Source of the DNA: Gemmatimonadaceae bacterium
Lineage (GTDB): Bacteria > Gemmatimonadota > Gemmatimonadetes > Gemmatimonadales > Gemmatimonadaceae
DNA: 64,000 nt
Reading direction: 5' to 3'
Assembly (NCBI GenBank): GCA_051859245.1
Contig: JBHYGA010000005.1
Span: 32,001 to 96,000, forward strand
Shown: one piece after another, positions 1 through 10,404 of the stretch
Position numbering within the stretch: position 1 is the first letter of the stretch
Layout of the letters: each line of letters opens with the position of its first letter
The notes under the pieces: generated by a model
Database searches by the model: none
What the model saw: only the letters and a program-made list of their open reading frames with translations
What the model was told of the DNA's origin: nothing
Position numbers and translations under genes: made by a program

Positions 1-3000
1 CGTCTGCGAGTAGCTGTTCGGGCCGGTTACCGTAATCGGTGCATTCGTGCCGCTCGGCAGTCCACTCACGGTGACCGTGAGTCGACCGCTCGTTGCCGCG
101 TAGGCAATTGCGTGCGACTTGGCTTCACCCGACGCTACGGACACGCTCGATGACGTGGGTGTTGCGCCGTACAGGTAGCCGCCCGACGAAATGGTGCCAG
201 CGGCAACGGTGTACGTACCCGAAGACAGATCGGTCAGTGTTTGCGACGAGGTCAGCGACCGCGTAAAGCTGCTCGGACCTGTCACGGTGACCGCTGCGCT
301 CGCACCCAGCGGCACGCCGCTCACCGTCACCGCCAGGGTGGCGGAGGTCGCAGCGTACGTGACGCTGCGCGAGCTCTGTGCGCCAGCGGTGAGCGATACC
401 GTTTGTGTGGTTGGCGTTGGCGAGTACGTGATCCCGCTGTTCGTCACGCTCGCGCTCGTGATGGTGTACGTACCCACTGCGAGTTCCGTGAGCGTGGTTG
501 ATGTGGTCACGACGCGTGAGAAGCTCGCCGGACCGGTCACCGTAATCGCCGCGTTCACGCCCGACGGGACACCGGACACGTCGATCGTCAGCGCGGTGGT
601 GCTGCTGGTGTACGCCACACCACGCACCGCGGTGTTGCCGCTGCTGACGGCAACACTCTGTGCGGCAGTCGCCGGTGTGAAGCTGGTGGCACCACTGCTC
701 GTGGTCGCGGCGGTAATCGTGTACGTGCCGGCCACAAGATCCGTCAACGTTTGCGACGACGATACCACTCGCGAGAAACTGTTCGGGCCGGTCACGGTCA
801 CCGGCGCGTTCACGCCCGCTGGCAATCCGCTCACCGTCACCGTGAGCGCGCCGCTCGCGACGCTATACGCAAGTGACGCTGACTTGCTCTCACCCGTGGC
901 GAGCAACACGCTCTGCGACGCCGGTGTGGCGTTGTAGCCGTAGTTGCCCACGACAATGCGCGACGCGGACACGGTGTACGTACCGGCCGACGGCGCCGAT
1001 AACGTGGTGCTGCCACTGACACTCTGCACAAATCCGTTCGGGCCGCTCACCGTGATGTCGGCCTGACCACCAGTCGGCACACCCGACGCGTTGATCGCGA
1101 GCGACGTTGTTGCTCCGGTGTACGCCACGGAACGCGACGCTGACGCGCCAGCCGCAACCGACACAGTCTGTGACGCGGCGGACGGCGAGTAGTTCGTGCT
1201 GCCAACGGCGACGGCGTCGGCGGAAATCGTATACGTGCCGGCCTCAAGTCCAACGAGCGTTTGCGATCCGTTCAGTACCCGATTGTATCCGTTCGGACCC
1301 GTGACCGTGATGTCAGCACTCGTGCCGCTTGGCAAACCTGTCACGGTCACCGCGAGATGGCCCGTCACTCGTGCAAACGTGAGCGGCGCATCGACGGTAT
1401 CAGCGCTGGCAACAGCAATGGAACGCGTGGCTGGCGTGGCGGCCCACCGATCACCATTCACGGTGACGGAGTTACCCGTGACCACCCACGAGCCCACCGC
1501 GAGATTGCCCACCAGGCTGCTTTGCGACAACGAAATCGAAGCGCCCGCAGGACCAGAGAGTGTAGCCGCGCCCGCGGTCGGTGCGGGCAATCCGCTCATC
1601 GTCACCCGTACCGCGCCGGACGCGGTGCTGTAGTTCACTGGTGCACCCACCGCCACAACCGATGCGATCACGGAGACGGTGCGCAGTGATGGTGATGCTG
1701 CATACGACGTGCTGCCGGACGTGACAGCGGCGGCACTCACCGAGTACGTGCCGGGCGCGAGTCCCAACAATGTTTCGGTAGACGTGACCGTCTTGAAGTA
1801 GCTGTTCGGACCCGTCACGCTGATGTTCGCATTCGTGCCAGCCGGCAGTCCGGCCACACTGATGGCAATGGATCCCGTGCTGATGGCGTACGTGATCAAC
1901 TGCGTTTCGCGGTCGCCGGACGTCAACGCAACATCGATGCTCGCAGGCGTTGCATCATAGGAAGCGATGCTCGAGTTCACGCGCGACGACACAATGCGAT
2001 ACGTGCCGGGCGTGAGATTTTCGAGCACTGTGGGGCCGGAGATGTCACGCGCAAAACCAGACGGACCGGTCACGCGCGTGTCCGGCGCGGTGCCACCTGG
2101 CAGTCCGCTGAAATCAATGGTGAGCGACGTGGACTGTCCGCCGTAGCTCACCGTCTTTGTGGTCGTATTGCCACGTGTTACTGACACCGTGCTGGTGGTG
2201 GGCGACGCCGTGTACTGCGTGCTACCACTCGTGACCGGTGACACGGTGACCGTGTACGTGCCTGGCTGCAGGCCGGCGAGCGTAGTCGACGAGGTCACCG
2301 TCTGATCAAACGACGTACCGGTCACACGAATCGCCGCCGCAGTGCCGGAGGGCAATCCCACCACCGAGATCGCCAGCGCACCTGTGCGCGGCGAGTATGT
2401 GACGCCCGTTTTCGATGTCTCCCTGACCTTTACCTGCTGCTGACGCGATGTCACATCCGGATCCCAGCTCTCCGAACCGACTTTCACCGTCTGCGCTTCG
2501 ATCAGATACTGGCCCGGTGCGAGATCCTCGAGTGTCTGCGTTTCGTCGACCCACACCACAGAGCCGTTCGGACGCGTGACCTTCACGAGCGCGCCCAGTG
2601 TTGGCGGCAGACCGTTGATCTCAAGTTCCAGCGCACCCACGGCGCCACCGTACTGAATCTCGGCGGGCACCGCAATCATTGACGCGGCAACGGTGACTTC
2701 GAGCGTGCTCGGAGCGGCTGCGTACGTGACACCGCTCGCGGTGACACTATTGGCCGCAATGCGATACACGCCAGGCGCTAGATCGGTGAGCGTTTGCGTG
2801 CTGCTGACAGAGCGCGAATACCCTGACGGCCCCGTGACCGTGATGTTCGCATTCGTGCCGCTCGGCAATCCACCCACGAGTACGGCAATCGCGCCCGTGC
2901 TCAGGCGATACGAAAACGCGAGCGTGCGCTGCTGCGTACCACTGATTGACGCGTCGCGCGTTGTACCATCTGGATCATATGAATATCCATTGGCGCTCAC

Positions 3001-3885
3001 GCGGGCTGCGGTCGCACGGTACACACCAGGCTCGAGTCCCTCGAACACACGCGTTGCATCAGCGCGGCCGGAGAATCCATTCGGACCCGTTACACTGATG
3101 CCGGCGAGCGTGCCACCAGGCAGGCCGTCAACGGCGATCGTGAGTTTGCCCTTCGCACGTCCGAACGCGAACTGCGCGGTTCCCACCGTGGTGGCCGCGA
3201 GCGAAACGCTGAGCGTTGAAGGTGTTGCTTCAAAACGGCCGTCGGTCGTTTCAACGGCTTCGGCAATCAATGTGTACTGTCCGGCACCAAGCAGCGTGAC
3301 GGTGTCACCCGTCAGCGCCGTGCCCGAGAAGCCGCTTGTGCTCGAAATGCGAACGGTTGAACGCGCGTACGACGGCAAGCCCGTGGCCGAGATCACGATC
3401 GACGCGGTGACGGGGCGAAAGCGCACCGTGACTCGCGGTGCGGCCTGACCGGCGCGCACACTGACCATCTGCGTGGCCGGATCTCCTTCCCACAGCACCG
3501 AGTCCACGCTCACCGGCTCCGCGATCACCTGATAGTCGCCGGGCGGCAGCGAATCGACTGTCGCGGTGCGCCGAACGATCCGCTGCACACCGGCTGCCTT
3601 CACGACAATTCGTGGCTCTATGCCACTCGGGGCATTCGCAACTTCCACGGCCAGCGCGCCGAGCGTCGGTGCTGGTGGTGGCGCATCCGGATTCTGGACG
3701 GGTGGTGGTGTCACAGGTTTGGACGGTGGCGCCGTAGGCGCATCACCGCCGGCACACGCGCTAAGCGCAGCCAGTGCTGTGATGGCGACAATCTGTCGCG
3801 GAAATCGGCGTGCCCAGAACCGAGAAAGAACACCACTGCGAAATGGCGCAGCGTGCAGGCGCGAGACGATCGTTGAGAGTGACAT
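1..3885 (-). CDS. Giant tandem-repeat surface lipoprotein (>=1295 aa, 3' end outside window)
   Basis: ATG at 3885 gives MSLSTIVSRL...IVAITALAALSAC (lipobox), a Pro-rich linker, then about 15 repeats of ~85 aa (GLPxGxxAxVxVTGP...L..L.PG.Y.V.A). The frame was spot-checked at 1-60, 1801-1860 and 2281-2340. All antisense shadow ORFs keep one register. Presumably absent from the ORF track because its stop lies outside the window. Confidence 0.9.
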   Translation of the reverse strand, partial: MSLSTIVSRLHAAPFRSGVLSRFWARRFPRQIVAITALAALSACAGGDAPTAPPSKPVTPPPVQNPDAPPPAPTLGALAVEVANAPSGIEPRIVVKAAGVQRIVRRTATVDSLPPGDYQVIAEPVSVDSVLWEGDPATQMVSVRAGQAAPRVTVRFRPVTASIVISATGLPSYARSTVRISSTSGFSGTALTGDTVTLLGAGQYTLIAEAVETTDGRFEATPSTLSVSLAATTVGTAQFAFGRAKGKLTIAVDGLPGGTLAGISVTGPNGFSGRADATRVFEGLEPGVYRATAARVSANGYSYDPDGTTRDASISGTQQRTLAFSYRLSTGAIAVLVGGLPSGTNANITVTGPSGYSRSVSSTQTLTDLAPGVYRIAANSVTASGVTYAAAPSTLEVTVAASMIAVPAEIQYGGAVGALELEINGLPPTLGALVKVTRPNGSVVWVDETQTLEDLAPGQYLIEAQTVKVGSESWDPDVTSRQQQVKVRETSKTGVTYSPRTGALAISVVGLPSGTAAAIRVTGTSFDQTVTSSTTLAGLQPGTYTVTVSPVTSGSTQYTASPTTSTVSVTRGNTTTKTVSYGGQSTSLTIDFSGLPGGTAPDTRVTGPSGFARDISGPTVLENLTPGTYRIVSSRVNSSIASYDATPASIDVALTSGDRETQLITYAISTGSIAISVAGLPAGTNANISVTGPNSYFKTVTSTETLLGLAPGTYSVSAAAVTSGSTSYAASPSLRTVSVIASVVAVGAPVNYSTASGAVRVTMSGLPAPTAGAATLSGPAGASISLSQSSLVGNLAVGSWVVTGNSVTVNGDRWAATPATRSIAVASADTVDAPLTFARVTGHLAVTVTGLPSGTSADITVTGPNGYNRVLNGSQTLVGLEAGTYTISADAVAVGSTNYSPSAASQTVSVAAGASASRSVAYTGATTSLAINASGVPTGGQADITVSGPNGFVQSVSGSTTLSAPSAGTYTVSASRIVVGNYGYNATPASQSVLLATGESKSASLAYSVASGALTVTVSGLPAGVNAPVTVTGPNSFSRVVSSSQTLTDLVAGTYTITAATTSSGATSFTPATAAQSVAVSSGNTAVRGVAYTSSTTALTIDVSGVPSGVNAAITVTGPASFSRVVTTSTTLTELAVGTYTITSASVTNSGITYSPTPTTQTVSLTAGAQSSRSVTYAATSATLAVTVSGVPLGASAAVTVTGPSSFTRSLTSSQTLTDLSSGTYTVAAGTISSGGYLYGATPTSSSVSVASGEAKSHAIAYAATSGRLTVTVSGLPSGTNAPITVTGPNSYSQT

Positions 3886-4139
3886 ACGGTGCTACGACGA
3901 CCCACAAAAACGCGAGGAACGGAGAACAGCGGCTTTTCATGTTGTTTGTGCTCCATGATGCCGGTTGAGTGACAGTGGCTAGTGTCGGACGCAACCTGAC
4001 AGACTTCAGCAAGCTCTGCTGTGACCGTCTTGTAGGTGCAGAATGTGACGCCGCGCACGCGTTTTTCGGATTGTGCTCGCTGTGTGACAACCGTGCCTGC
4101 TGTGTAACGGTCCAGTCATGAAACAGTGCGCTGGGTCGC

Positions 4140-4175
4140 AAAAAAACCGCGCGCAACCCGAAAGTTGCGCGCGGC
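4140..4175 (-). terminator. Rho-independent terminator of the metalloprotease gene
   Basis: 11-bp perfect stem CCGCGCGCAAC/GTTGCGCGCGG followed by T7 on the minus strand. Confidence 0.85.
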
Positions 4176-4248
4176 ACGGAGTACAGATTTCTCACTCTTT
4201 GTGACGATTATTTCCCGCTGGTGAACGTGTCAGGCGTGATTTCAACCG

Positions 4249-6807
4249 CTACGGAACAATTCGACTCGTCGTGGAGCGCACACCGTCGCTCACAATGACA
4301 TCCACCGGCCCGCCTCGCCACGCAACGAGATCACTGGACGCGCGCAGAATCGACAAAACGCGACCCGTTGCCGCGTCGCGCACCATCGCACGCGGAAACT
4401 GTGCCGTGTCCCACTGCACGCGGAGTCGATCACCGTTTCTGGTCACGCGAGTTGCCGCCACGCTGCGTGCGGCTGTGACGGCACTGGCGACCTGCGCCGC
4501 GCGTGAACGATCGCGCGAGGCCACGGCCACAGGCGAGCGTACATCCTGCACGCGAAGCGACACAATCGACGCGTGTTGTTCCGCCGTGACGGGCAACGTG
4601 GTGGCAAATGCCCGCGCGTTACTCGCGCTGTGGTCAATCGTGGGAGCGGGTGTGGTTGTGGTGGCGACCACGCGGCCGTTCGCATCGAGCGCATCAATCC
4701 GCAGCCACTGCTCACTCTCAGCTGCAGTCTCTGCCTGGCCACTGCCGGCGCCGTCGAGCAGAAACGCTGGCTCCACGCTAATGCGTCCGTCGCGCACCGT
4801 GCCCCACACCAGCAGGCGATCGATATCGCGCGCGTGCAGCGCAGCGTGCGTTGGTTGCTCCAGTGCATTCACTGACACGCCACGGTAGTTCAGCGCGCGC
4901 GACCAATTGTGCGCGCTGATCCACTGATTGCTGCAATAGCCCATCAGATCGGTGGCCGTTGGGGACACCAATGCATTGGTCAGCGAATTCCACCCCCACG
5001 CGCCAATCACGCCGCCAGCGTGCGGATACTGCGAGTCTGAGCTCGCCACGTTACCGCACGGCGCGTGCGGACGGCCGAAGTTGTGTCCCCACTCGTGGGC
5101 TGCCACTCGCGCGCCGCCAGGCAGATAGTCCCAGCCCACCGCGGCGCGACCAGGCACAAAACCGTAGCCTGCAATACCGCTGCTGTAGTTCACCTTGACC
5201 ACACCGTACCAATACTCACCGGCTGTGCCTTCCACGGCGCGCAGCGCGTTGATCTCGCTCAGCAGCGACGTCCACGCGCGGTTTGCGTCGCCCGATTGCA
5301 ACACGCCAACGTTGGCGGTGTAGGGCTGGCGCACTCGCACATCAATCGCCGAAATAGGCAACAGGCGTTCTGCGACGTCTGTGAACGAGCGCTTGTTGGC
5401 CTCTGTCACGTTGCCAGTGCGTGTGGTCAGTGAATCCACAACGTTCACTACCGGCACGAGCACCGTACGCCACGTACTCACGCGCGTGACGGCCACTGAC
5501 TGTGGTGTGCCATTGCGCGGCCACACGTTATCGCTCGGATCATCATCGCCGGCAATGGAGCGCGTGGGGTCGGCCTCAATCAGGATGCGCAAGCCAGGCA
5601 CGATGTGCACCGCGCTAATGCGTACGTTCCAGCTTTTGCTCAGCACCCCTTCGCTGATCACGGTGTCGACGCTTGCCGACGCAGCGGGCATGTCAACGGT
5701 CTGCACGAGCGTGTTGCCATTGTACACACGCGCGCGCACGGACGGCCGCCAATCGTTCGGCTCGTTGGCTCGTAAAAACACGCGGAGCAAGGCGTCACGT
5801 TCGGCAACAAGTGGCGCGCTTCCGTCGAACGTCTGAATGGCCTGCGTGAGGTAAGCGCTCTCCACCGAAAAATTTGTTTTGATCGGTGTGGACGTAAACG
5901 TGACGGGCACGTCGGTCAGCACGCCGAGTGCCACGTCGATCGGCTGTGTCACGACAGCGGGTGCGTACCGAGATCCACTAATCGTGACCGGGCCTGTGGA
6001 CAGCTGCCACGTGCCAGGCGCAAGATCGGGAAACAGTCCGGGGCCCACGCGCGTGTGCACGGTGGTGCCGCGCGAAATCGTGAATGACGGTGACGCCACG
6101 CCACCTAAACCCGTGGCCGTGATTTCAATGGCTCCGCTGGCGACCGCGAACGGAACAGTCGCGGTGGCGGTGTCGCCCGGCACGACCACGCGCGCAATGG
6201 GCGCATCGACCGGTTCCCACACGAAGTTGTTGGCGCTCAAACGTTGTCCCGTCAGCGTCCACCGACCGGCCACAGGCGCCACAAACGGTGTGCCGGCAAT
6301 CGCCGTATAGTCCGTTCCATCCGGCGCCGTCAAACGCATTGTTGCGGTGGTGCTCGGCGGCAGCCCTTCGGCCGTGGCCGACAGCACAATCGGTGCGGCG
6401 GCGTACCGCACCGTTTCATTGGTGACGAGTGCGACCACAATCGTGGCACCATACTCGTCGCGTTCCGGCACCCACCGACCAACACCCGCGACCGATGGTT
6501 GCGCGGGGCGGATGGTCACGAGCCCCGGCGTAAGATTGCGCACGGTGTCCGTGCCCGCGACCACACGCACGGCGCCATCGGCAGACGTGATGGTAAACGT
6601 GGGTGTGTGTGTGGCCGGCAGACCGGCGGTGCTGAGCACCAGCGTGCCGGTGGTTACAGGCGGTACGGCCGGCCCGCTCGGACCATCGCCGCACCCGACA
6701 ATGAACGCGGCCGCTGCGACCAACGCGGCCGATCGAACAACCCTCTGGCGGTGCAACGAGCGCATGGACGGGTGTCTCGAAGAAGAAGCAGCCTCCGTCT
6801 GATGCAT
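4249..6807 (-). CDS. Lipoprotein zinc metalloprotease (M66/StcE-like metzincin) with 3 N-terminal repeats
   Basis: Lipobox FIVGC; HEWGHNFGRPH zinc motif; DLMGY Met-turn. The start may be the ATG at 6765. Confidence 0.85.
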   Translation of the reverse strand: MHQTEAASSSRHPSMRSLHRQRVVRSAALVAAAAFIVGCGDGPSGPAVPPVTTGTLVLSTAGLPATHTPTFTITSADGAVRVVAGTDTVRNLTPGLVTIRPAQPSVAGVGRWVPERDEYGATIVVALVTNETVRYAAAPIVLSATAEGLPPSTTATMRLTAPDGTDYTAIAGTPFVAPVAGRWTLTGQRLSANNFVWEPVDAPIARVVVPGDTATATVPFAVASGAIEITATGLGGVASPSFTISRGTTVHTRVGPGLFPDLAPGTWQLSTGPVTISGSRYAPAVVTQPIDVALGVLTDVPVTFTSTPIKTNFSVESAYLTQAIQTFDGSAPLVAERDALLRVFLRANEPNDWRPSVRARVYNGNTLVQTVDMPAASASVDTVISEGVLSKSWNVRISAVHIVPGLRILIEADPTRSIAGDDDPSDNVWPRNGTPQSVAVTRVSTWRTVLVPVVNVVDSLTTRTGNVTEANKRSFTDVAERLLPISAIDVRVRQPYTANVGVLQSGDANRAWTSLLSEINALRAVEGTAGEYWYGVVKVNYSSGIAGYGFVPGRAAVGWDYLPGGARVAAHEWGHNFGRPHAPCGNVASSDSQYPHAGGVIGAWGWNSLTNALVSPTATDLMGYCSNQWISAHNWSRALNYRGVSVNALEQPTHAALHARDIDRLLVWGTVRDGRISVEPAFLLDGAGSGQAETAAESEQWLRIDALDANGRVVATTTTPAPTIDHSASNARAFATTLPVTAEQHASIVSLRVQDVRSPVAVASRDRSRAAQVASAVTAARSVAATRVTRNGDRLRVQWDTAQFPRAMVRDAATGRVLSILRASSDLVAWRGGPVDVIVSDGVRSTTSRIVP

Positions 6808-6869
6808 CAGACGGAGGCGTGCACACTAACCCTCAAGAGTGATAACCTGTCGGCCCGCGGCTCGTTCCG

Positions 6870-8258
6870 TCAATACAACATGAGGAATGGATTCTCAAGC
6901 AAATGACGCACCGTCTGGAGGAACCGCGCACCCACCGCGCCATCGATCACACGATGATCGCAGCTCATGGTCACGCGCATGCGCTGACGCGGCACAAAGG
7001 CGCCATCGATCCACACAGGCTTCGTTTCAGTTGCGCCCACGGCCAGAATGCCGGCCTCGGGTGGATTGATGATGGCCGTGAACTGGTCAATGCCAAACAT
7101 GCCGAGGTTGCTCACGGAGAACGTTGACCCCGTGTATTCCTCGGGCTTGAGTTTGCGCTCACGAGCGCGACCGGCCAGTTCACGTGCTTCGCGACCGATT
7201 TCGCCGAGTCCTTTGCGATCCGCATCACGAATAACGGGCACAATCAATCCGTCGTCCGTGGCCACAGCCATGCCAATGTGCGCGTGCGCGAAATAACGAA
7301 TCGTGTCGCCAAGCCAGTGCGCGTTGCATTCCGGATGTTTCGCGAGCGCAACCGCCACGGCCTTCATGACAATGTCATTCACGCTGACCTTGAAGGCATC
7401 ACCAGCGGCGGCCATTTGCGTGCGCATTTCGCCGACGGTGGTCATATCGATTTCCGACGTGAGATAGAACGTCGGAATCGGACCGATCGACTCACCCAGT
7501 CGACGCGCAATTGTTTTGCGCATCTGTGTGAGCGTGACGTCGCGCACGTCGCCATCAATCTGCATGGCGGGCGTGAGCGGAATCGCAGGCGGCTTACCGG
7601 CGGGCTTCGCAGGCGCGGCCGTTGTTGATGACTTGCTCGAAGCACCCGCTGTGGCCGGTGCCACCGCTGCAGCGCGCGGTGCGGACGCGGCGGCTTCAAC
7701 ATCGCGGCGAATCACGCGGCCGCTCGGTCCGGTGCCTACCACGTTCGCCAGTGAGACGCCTTGTTCACTCGCCATGCGACGCGCGAGTGGTGAGGCTTTC
7801 ACGCGCCCGTCGTCAGCTGTAGGCTCGGCGGTGGGCGCAGCTGTCGAAGCGGGCGCTGAAGTCGGCACTGAAGCGGGCGCCGCAGCTGGAGCTGCGGCCG
7901 CTGCTGCGGGCGGGGCTGCCTGCGTCGACGGTGCAGCTTCTGCTGGTGCAGCTGCTGGTGCGCCCGCTGATGCAGCGGCGGCCGCTGGCGCACCACTCAA
8001 GAGCGCCGAAATATCTTCGTCGGCCGCCGCAATAATGCCGATCAGCTGACCAACAGGCGCCGTACTGTCGTCGCCAATGAATCGCTTGCGCAACACACCA
8101 TCGCCACGCGCGACGAGCTCCATGATGGCCTTGTCAGTTTCGACTTCGGCCAGCACATCACCGTTAGCAACGGTATCGCCTTCCGCTTTGAGCCACTTCG
8201 CCAGGCGTCCCTCTTCCATGGTTGGAGAGAGCGCCTCCATCATCACTTTGGTTGCCAT
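6870..8258 (-). CDS. pdhC: Pyruvate dehydrogenase E2, dihydrolipoamide acetyltransferase
   Basis: Single lipoyl domain (ETDKA), Ala/Pro linker, ASPLARRMA E3-binding domain, DHRVIDG catalytic motif. Confidence 0.97.
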   Translation of the reverse strand: MATKVMMEALSPTMEEGRLAKWLKAEGDTVANGDVLAEVETDKAIMELVARGDGVLRKRFIGDDSTAPVGQLIGIIAAADEDISALLSGAPAAAAASAGAPAAAPAEAAPSTQAAPPAAAAAAPAAAPASVPTSAPASTAAPTAEPTADDGRVKASPLARRMASEQGVSLANVVGTGPSGRVIRRDVEAAASAPRAAAVAPATAGASSKSSTTAAPAKPAGKPPAIPLTPAMQIDGDVRDVTLTQMRKTIARRLGESIGPIPTFYLTSEIDMTTVGEMRTQMAAAGDAFKVSVNDIVMKAVAVALAKHPECNAHWLGDTIRYFAHAHIGMAVATDDGLIVPVIRDADRKGLGEIGREARELAGRARERKLKPEEYTGSTFSVSNLGMFGIDQFTAIINPPEAGILAVGATETKPVWIDGAFVPRQRMRVTMSCDHRVIDGAVGARFLQTVRHLLENPFLMLY

Positions 8259-8271
8259 GATCGGGGTCGGG

Positions 8272-9255
8272 TCAGGCGTCGATGTAGAGGACCTGCTTTA
8301 CCGCCGCGATCGTTTTCGGAACGTCGGGCTTCGCGGCCTTCTCAATGTTCTTGGCGTACGGCATGGGCGCGTCGGCCTGATGCACGCGGAGTACGGGTGC
8401 ATCGAGGTGATCAAAACAGTGGCGCTGCACGTAGTCCACCACCTGCGCGCCAACGCCGCACACTTCCCAGCCTTCTTCCACCACAACGCAACGATTCGTT
8501 TTGCGCACGGACGCGGTGATCGCATCCACATCCATCGGGCGAATGGTGCGCAGATCCACGACTTCCGCGCGAATGCCTTCTTTCGCGAGTTGTTCCGCGG
8601 CCTGCAACGCCACGAGCACCATCTTGCCATGGGTGATCAATGAGACGTGATCACCTTCGCGCTTGACTTCGGCCTTGCCAAGCGGAATCACGTACTCTTC
8701 GTCGGGCACTTCGCCCTTCGTGTTGTACAACATTTCGCCTTCAAGAAAACAGACCGGATTGTCGTCGCGAATCGCAGCTTTGAGCAGTCCCTTCGCGTCA
8801 TACGGCGTGCCCGGCGTGACCACCTTGAGACCGGGAATGTGCGCCAGCCACGATTCCCAGGCCTGCGAGTGCTGCGCCGACAGCTGCAGCGCCGCACCGT
8901 TCGGTCCGCGAAACACCATGGGCATGGGGAACTGACCGCCCGTCATGTACAACATTTTTGCCGCGGCGTTCACAACCTGATCGAGCGCCAGCAACGCGAA
9001 GTTCCACGTCATGAACTCAATGATAGGACGCAAGCCAACCATCGCCGCGCCCACACCAACGCCTGCAAAACCAAGCTCGGTAATCGGCGTGTCGACCACG
9101 CGCATTTCACCAAACTCCTGCAGCAATCCTTTCGACACTTTGTACGCGCCCTGATACACCGCGACTTCCTCGCCCATGAGGAACACGCGATCGTCGCGCA
9201 ACATTTCTTCCCGCAGCGCCTGATTCAGCGCTTCGCGATACGTAATAACAGCCAT
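8272..9255 (-). CDS. pdhB: Pyruvate dehydrogenase E1 beta subunit
   Basis: GEEVAVYQGAYKVSKGL, DTPITE and AQHSQ motifs. Confidence 0.97.
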   Translation of the reverse strand: MAVITYREALNQALREEMLRDDRVFLMGEEVAVYQGAYKVSKGLLQEFGEMRVVDTPITELGFAGVGVGAAMVGLRPIIEFMTWNFALLALDQVVNAAAKMLYMTGGQFPMPMVFRGPNGAALQLSAQHSQAWESWLAHIPGLKVVTPGTPYDAKGLLKAAIRDDNPVCFLEGEMLYNTKGEVPDEEYVIPLGKAEVKREGDHVSLITHGKMVLVALQAAEQLAKEGIRAEVVDLRTIRPMDVDAITASVRKTNRCVVVEEGWEVCGVGAQVVDYVQRHCFDHLDAPVLRVHQADAPMPYAKNIEKAAKPDVPKTIAAVKQVLYIDA

Positions 9256-9261
9256 GGCGGA

Positions 9262-10341
9262 TCAGTCCGAAGTAGTGTCAACGAGCACGTCTTCAAGCAG
9301 CGCTTCAAGCGGCGGCTCCGGACTGTTCTCGGCGAAGTCAATTGAGTCTTGCACGATAGCCTTGATCTCTTCATCCATGGCGTTCCACTCGTCGGCGGAA
9401 AGATCACCAGCCTCTTCCATGGTTGTGCGCAGCAGCACCACCGGATCACGCTTGAGATACTTCTCAAGCTCTTCCTTGGTGCGATACGTGCCGCTCACCG
9501 CGTCCGACATGGAGTGGCCCATGAATCGATACGTGCGGATTTCGAGCAGTGTGGGCATGGACTCGGTGCGCGCGCGTGCAATCGCGGTTTCTGCAGCCGC
9601 GCGCACGGCAAATACATCCTGACCGTCGACTACATCACGCGGCATATCGTACGACGCACCGCGCTTGTAGATGTCGTTGATTGCCGAGGCACGTTCAACG
9701 GCCGTACCCATGCCGTAGCGATTGTTTTCAATCACAAACAGACACGGCAGCTTCCAGAGCGCGGCCATGTTAAGCGCCTCGTGAAACGCGCCGTTGTTCA
9801 CGGCGGCCTCACCCATGAAGCACACAATCACCTGATCGCCGCCGCGATATTTGATCGCAAAGCCCACACCGGCCGCAATGGGAATGTGTCCACCCACAAT
9901 GCCGTGACCGCCCAGGAAGCCGAGCGACTTGTCGAACAAGTGCATCGAGCCGCCCTTGCCGCGCACACAGCCGTCCACACGGCCAAACAGCTCGGCCATG
10001 ATTGCGCGCGGTGTCATGCCACGCGCGAGTGCCTGACCGTGATCGCGGTAGGTGGTGATGATGTAATCGTCTTCGCGCAGCAGCGAGATGAAGCCTGTGC
10101 TCACCGCTTCCTGTCCGATGTACAAATGACAGAAACCGCCGATGCGACCGATCGCGTACATCTCGGCCGTACGCTCTTCGAAACGACGCTGCATCAGCAT
10201 CGAGTACAGCAACTCGGTGTGCAGCTTCTTGCGCTCGGCCGGCGACAGTTCTGCCGACGGGCCCGATGACAATGCAGCGTCAGTCGAAGCGCCGTCGGAA
10301 GACGCCGCGCCCCGGCGTCGGGATGGCTTGGTGGTGCTCAT
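9262..10341 (-). CDS. pdhA: Pyruvate dehydrogenase E1 alpha subunit
   Basis: GFCHLYIGQEA, GKGGSMH, TPP motif GEAAVNNGAFHEALN, GHSMSD. Confidence 0.97.
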   Translation of the reverse strand: MSTTKPSRRRGAASSDGASTDAALSSGPSAELSPAERKKLHTELLYSMLMQRRFEERTAEMYAIGRIGGFCHLYIGQEAVSTGFISLLREDDYIITTYRDHGQALARGMTPRAIMAELFGRVDGCVRGKGGSMHLFDKSLGFLGGHGIVGGHIPIAAGVGFAIKYRGGDQVIVCFMGEAAVNNGAFHEALNMAALWKLPCLFVIENNRYGMGTAVERASAINDIYKRGASYDMPRDVVDGQDVFAVRAAAETAIARARTESMPTLLEIRTYRFMGHSMSDAVSGTYRTKEELEKYLKRDPVVLLRTTMEEAGDLSADEWNAMDEEIKAIVQDSIDFAENSPEPPLEALLEDVLVDTTSD

Positions 10342-10404
10342 GGTCAAATAAGGGAGTGGTCAGACGCGCTGCAGCCGAGAGCCCGGTGTGCGGCGCGTGG
10401 ATAG

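Noticed and set aside
191..3958. Plus-strand Val/Thr-rich ORFs (191-937, 1196-1633, 2693-3448, 3566-3958)
   Set aside because: Antisense shadows, all in one register, of the real minus-strand repeat lipoprotein
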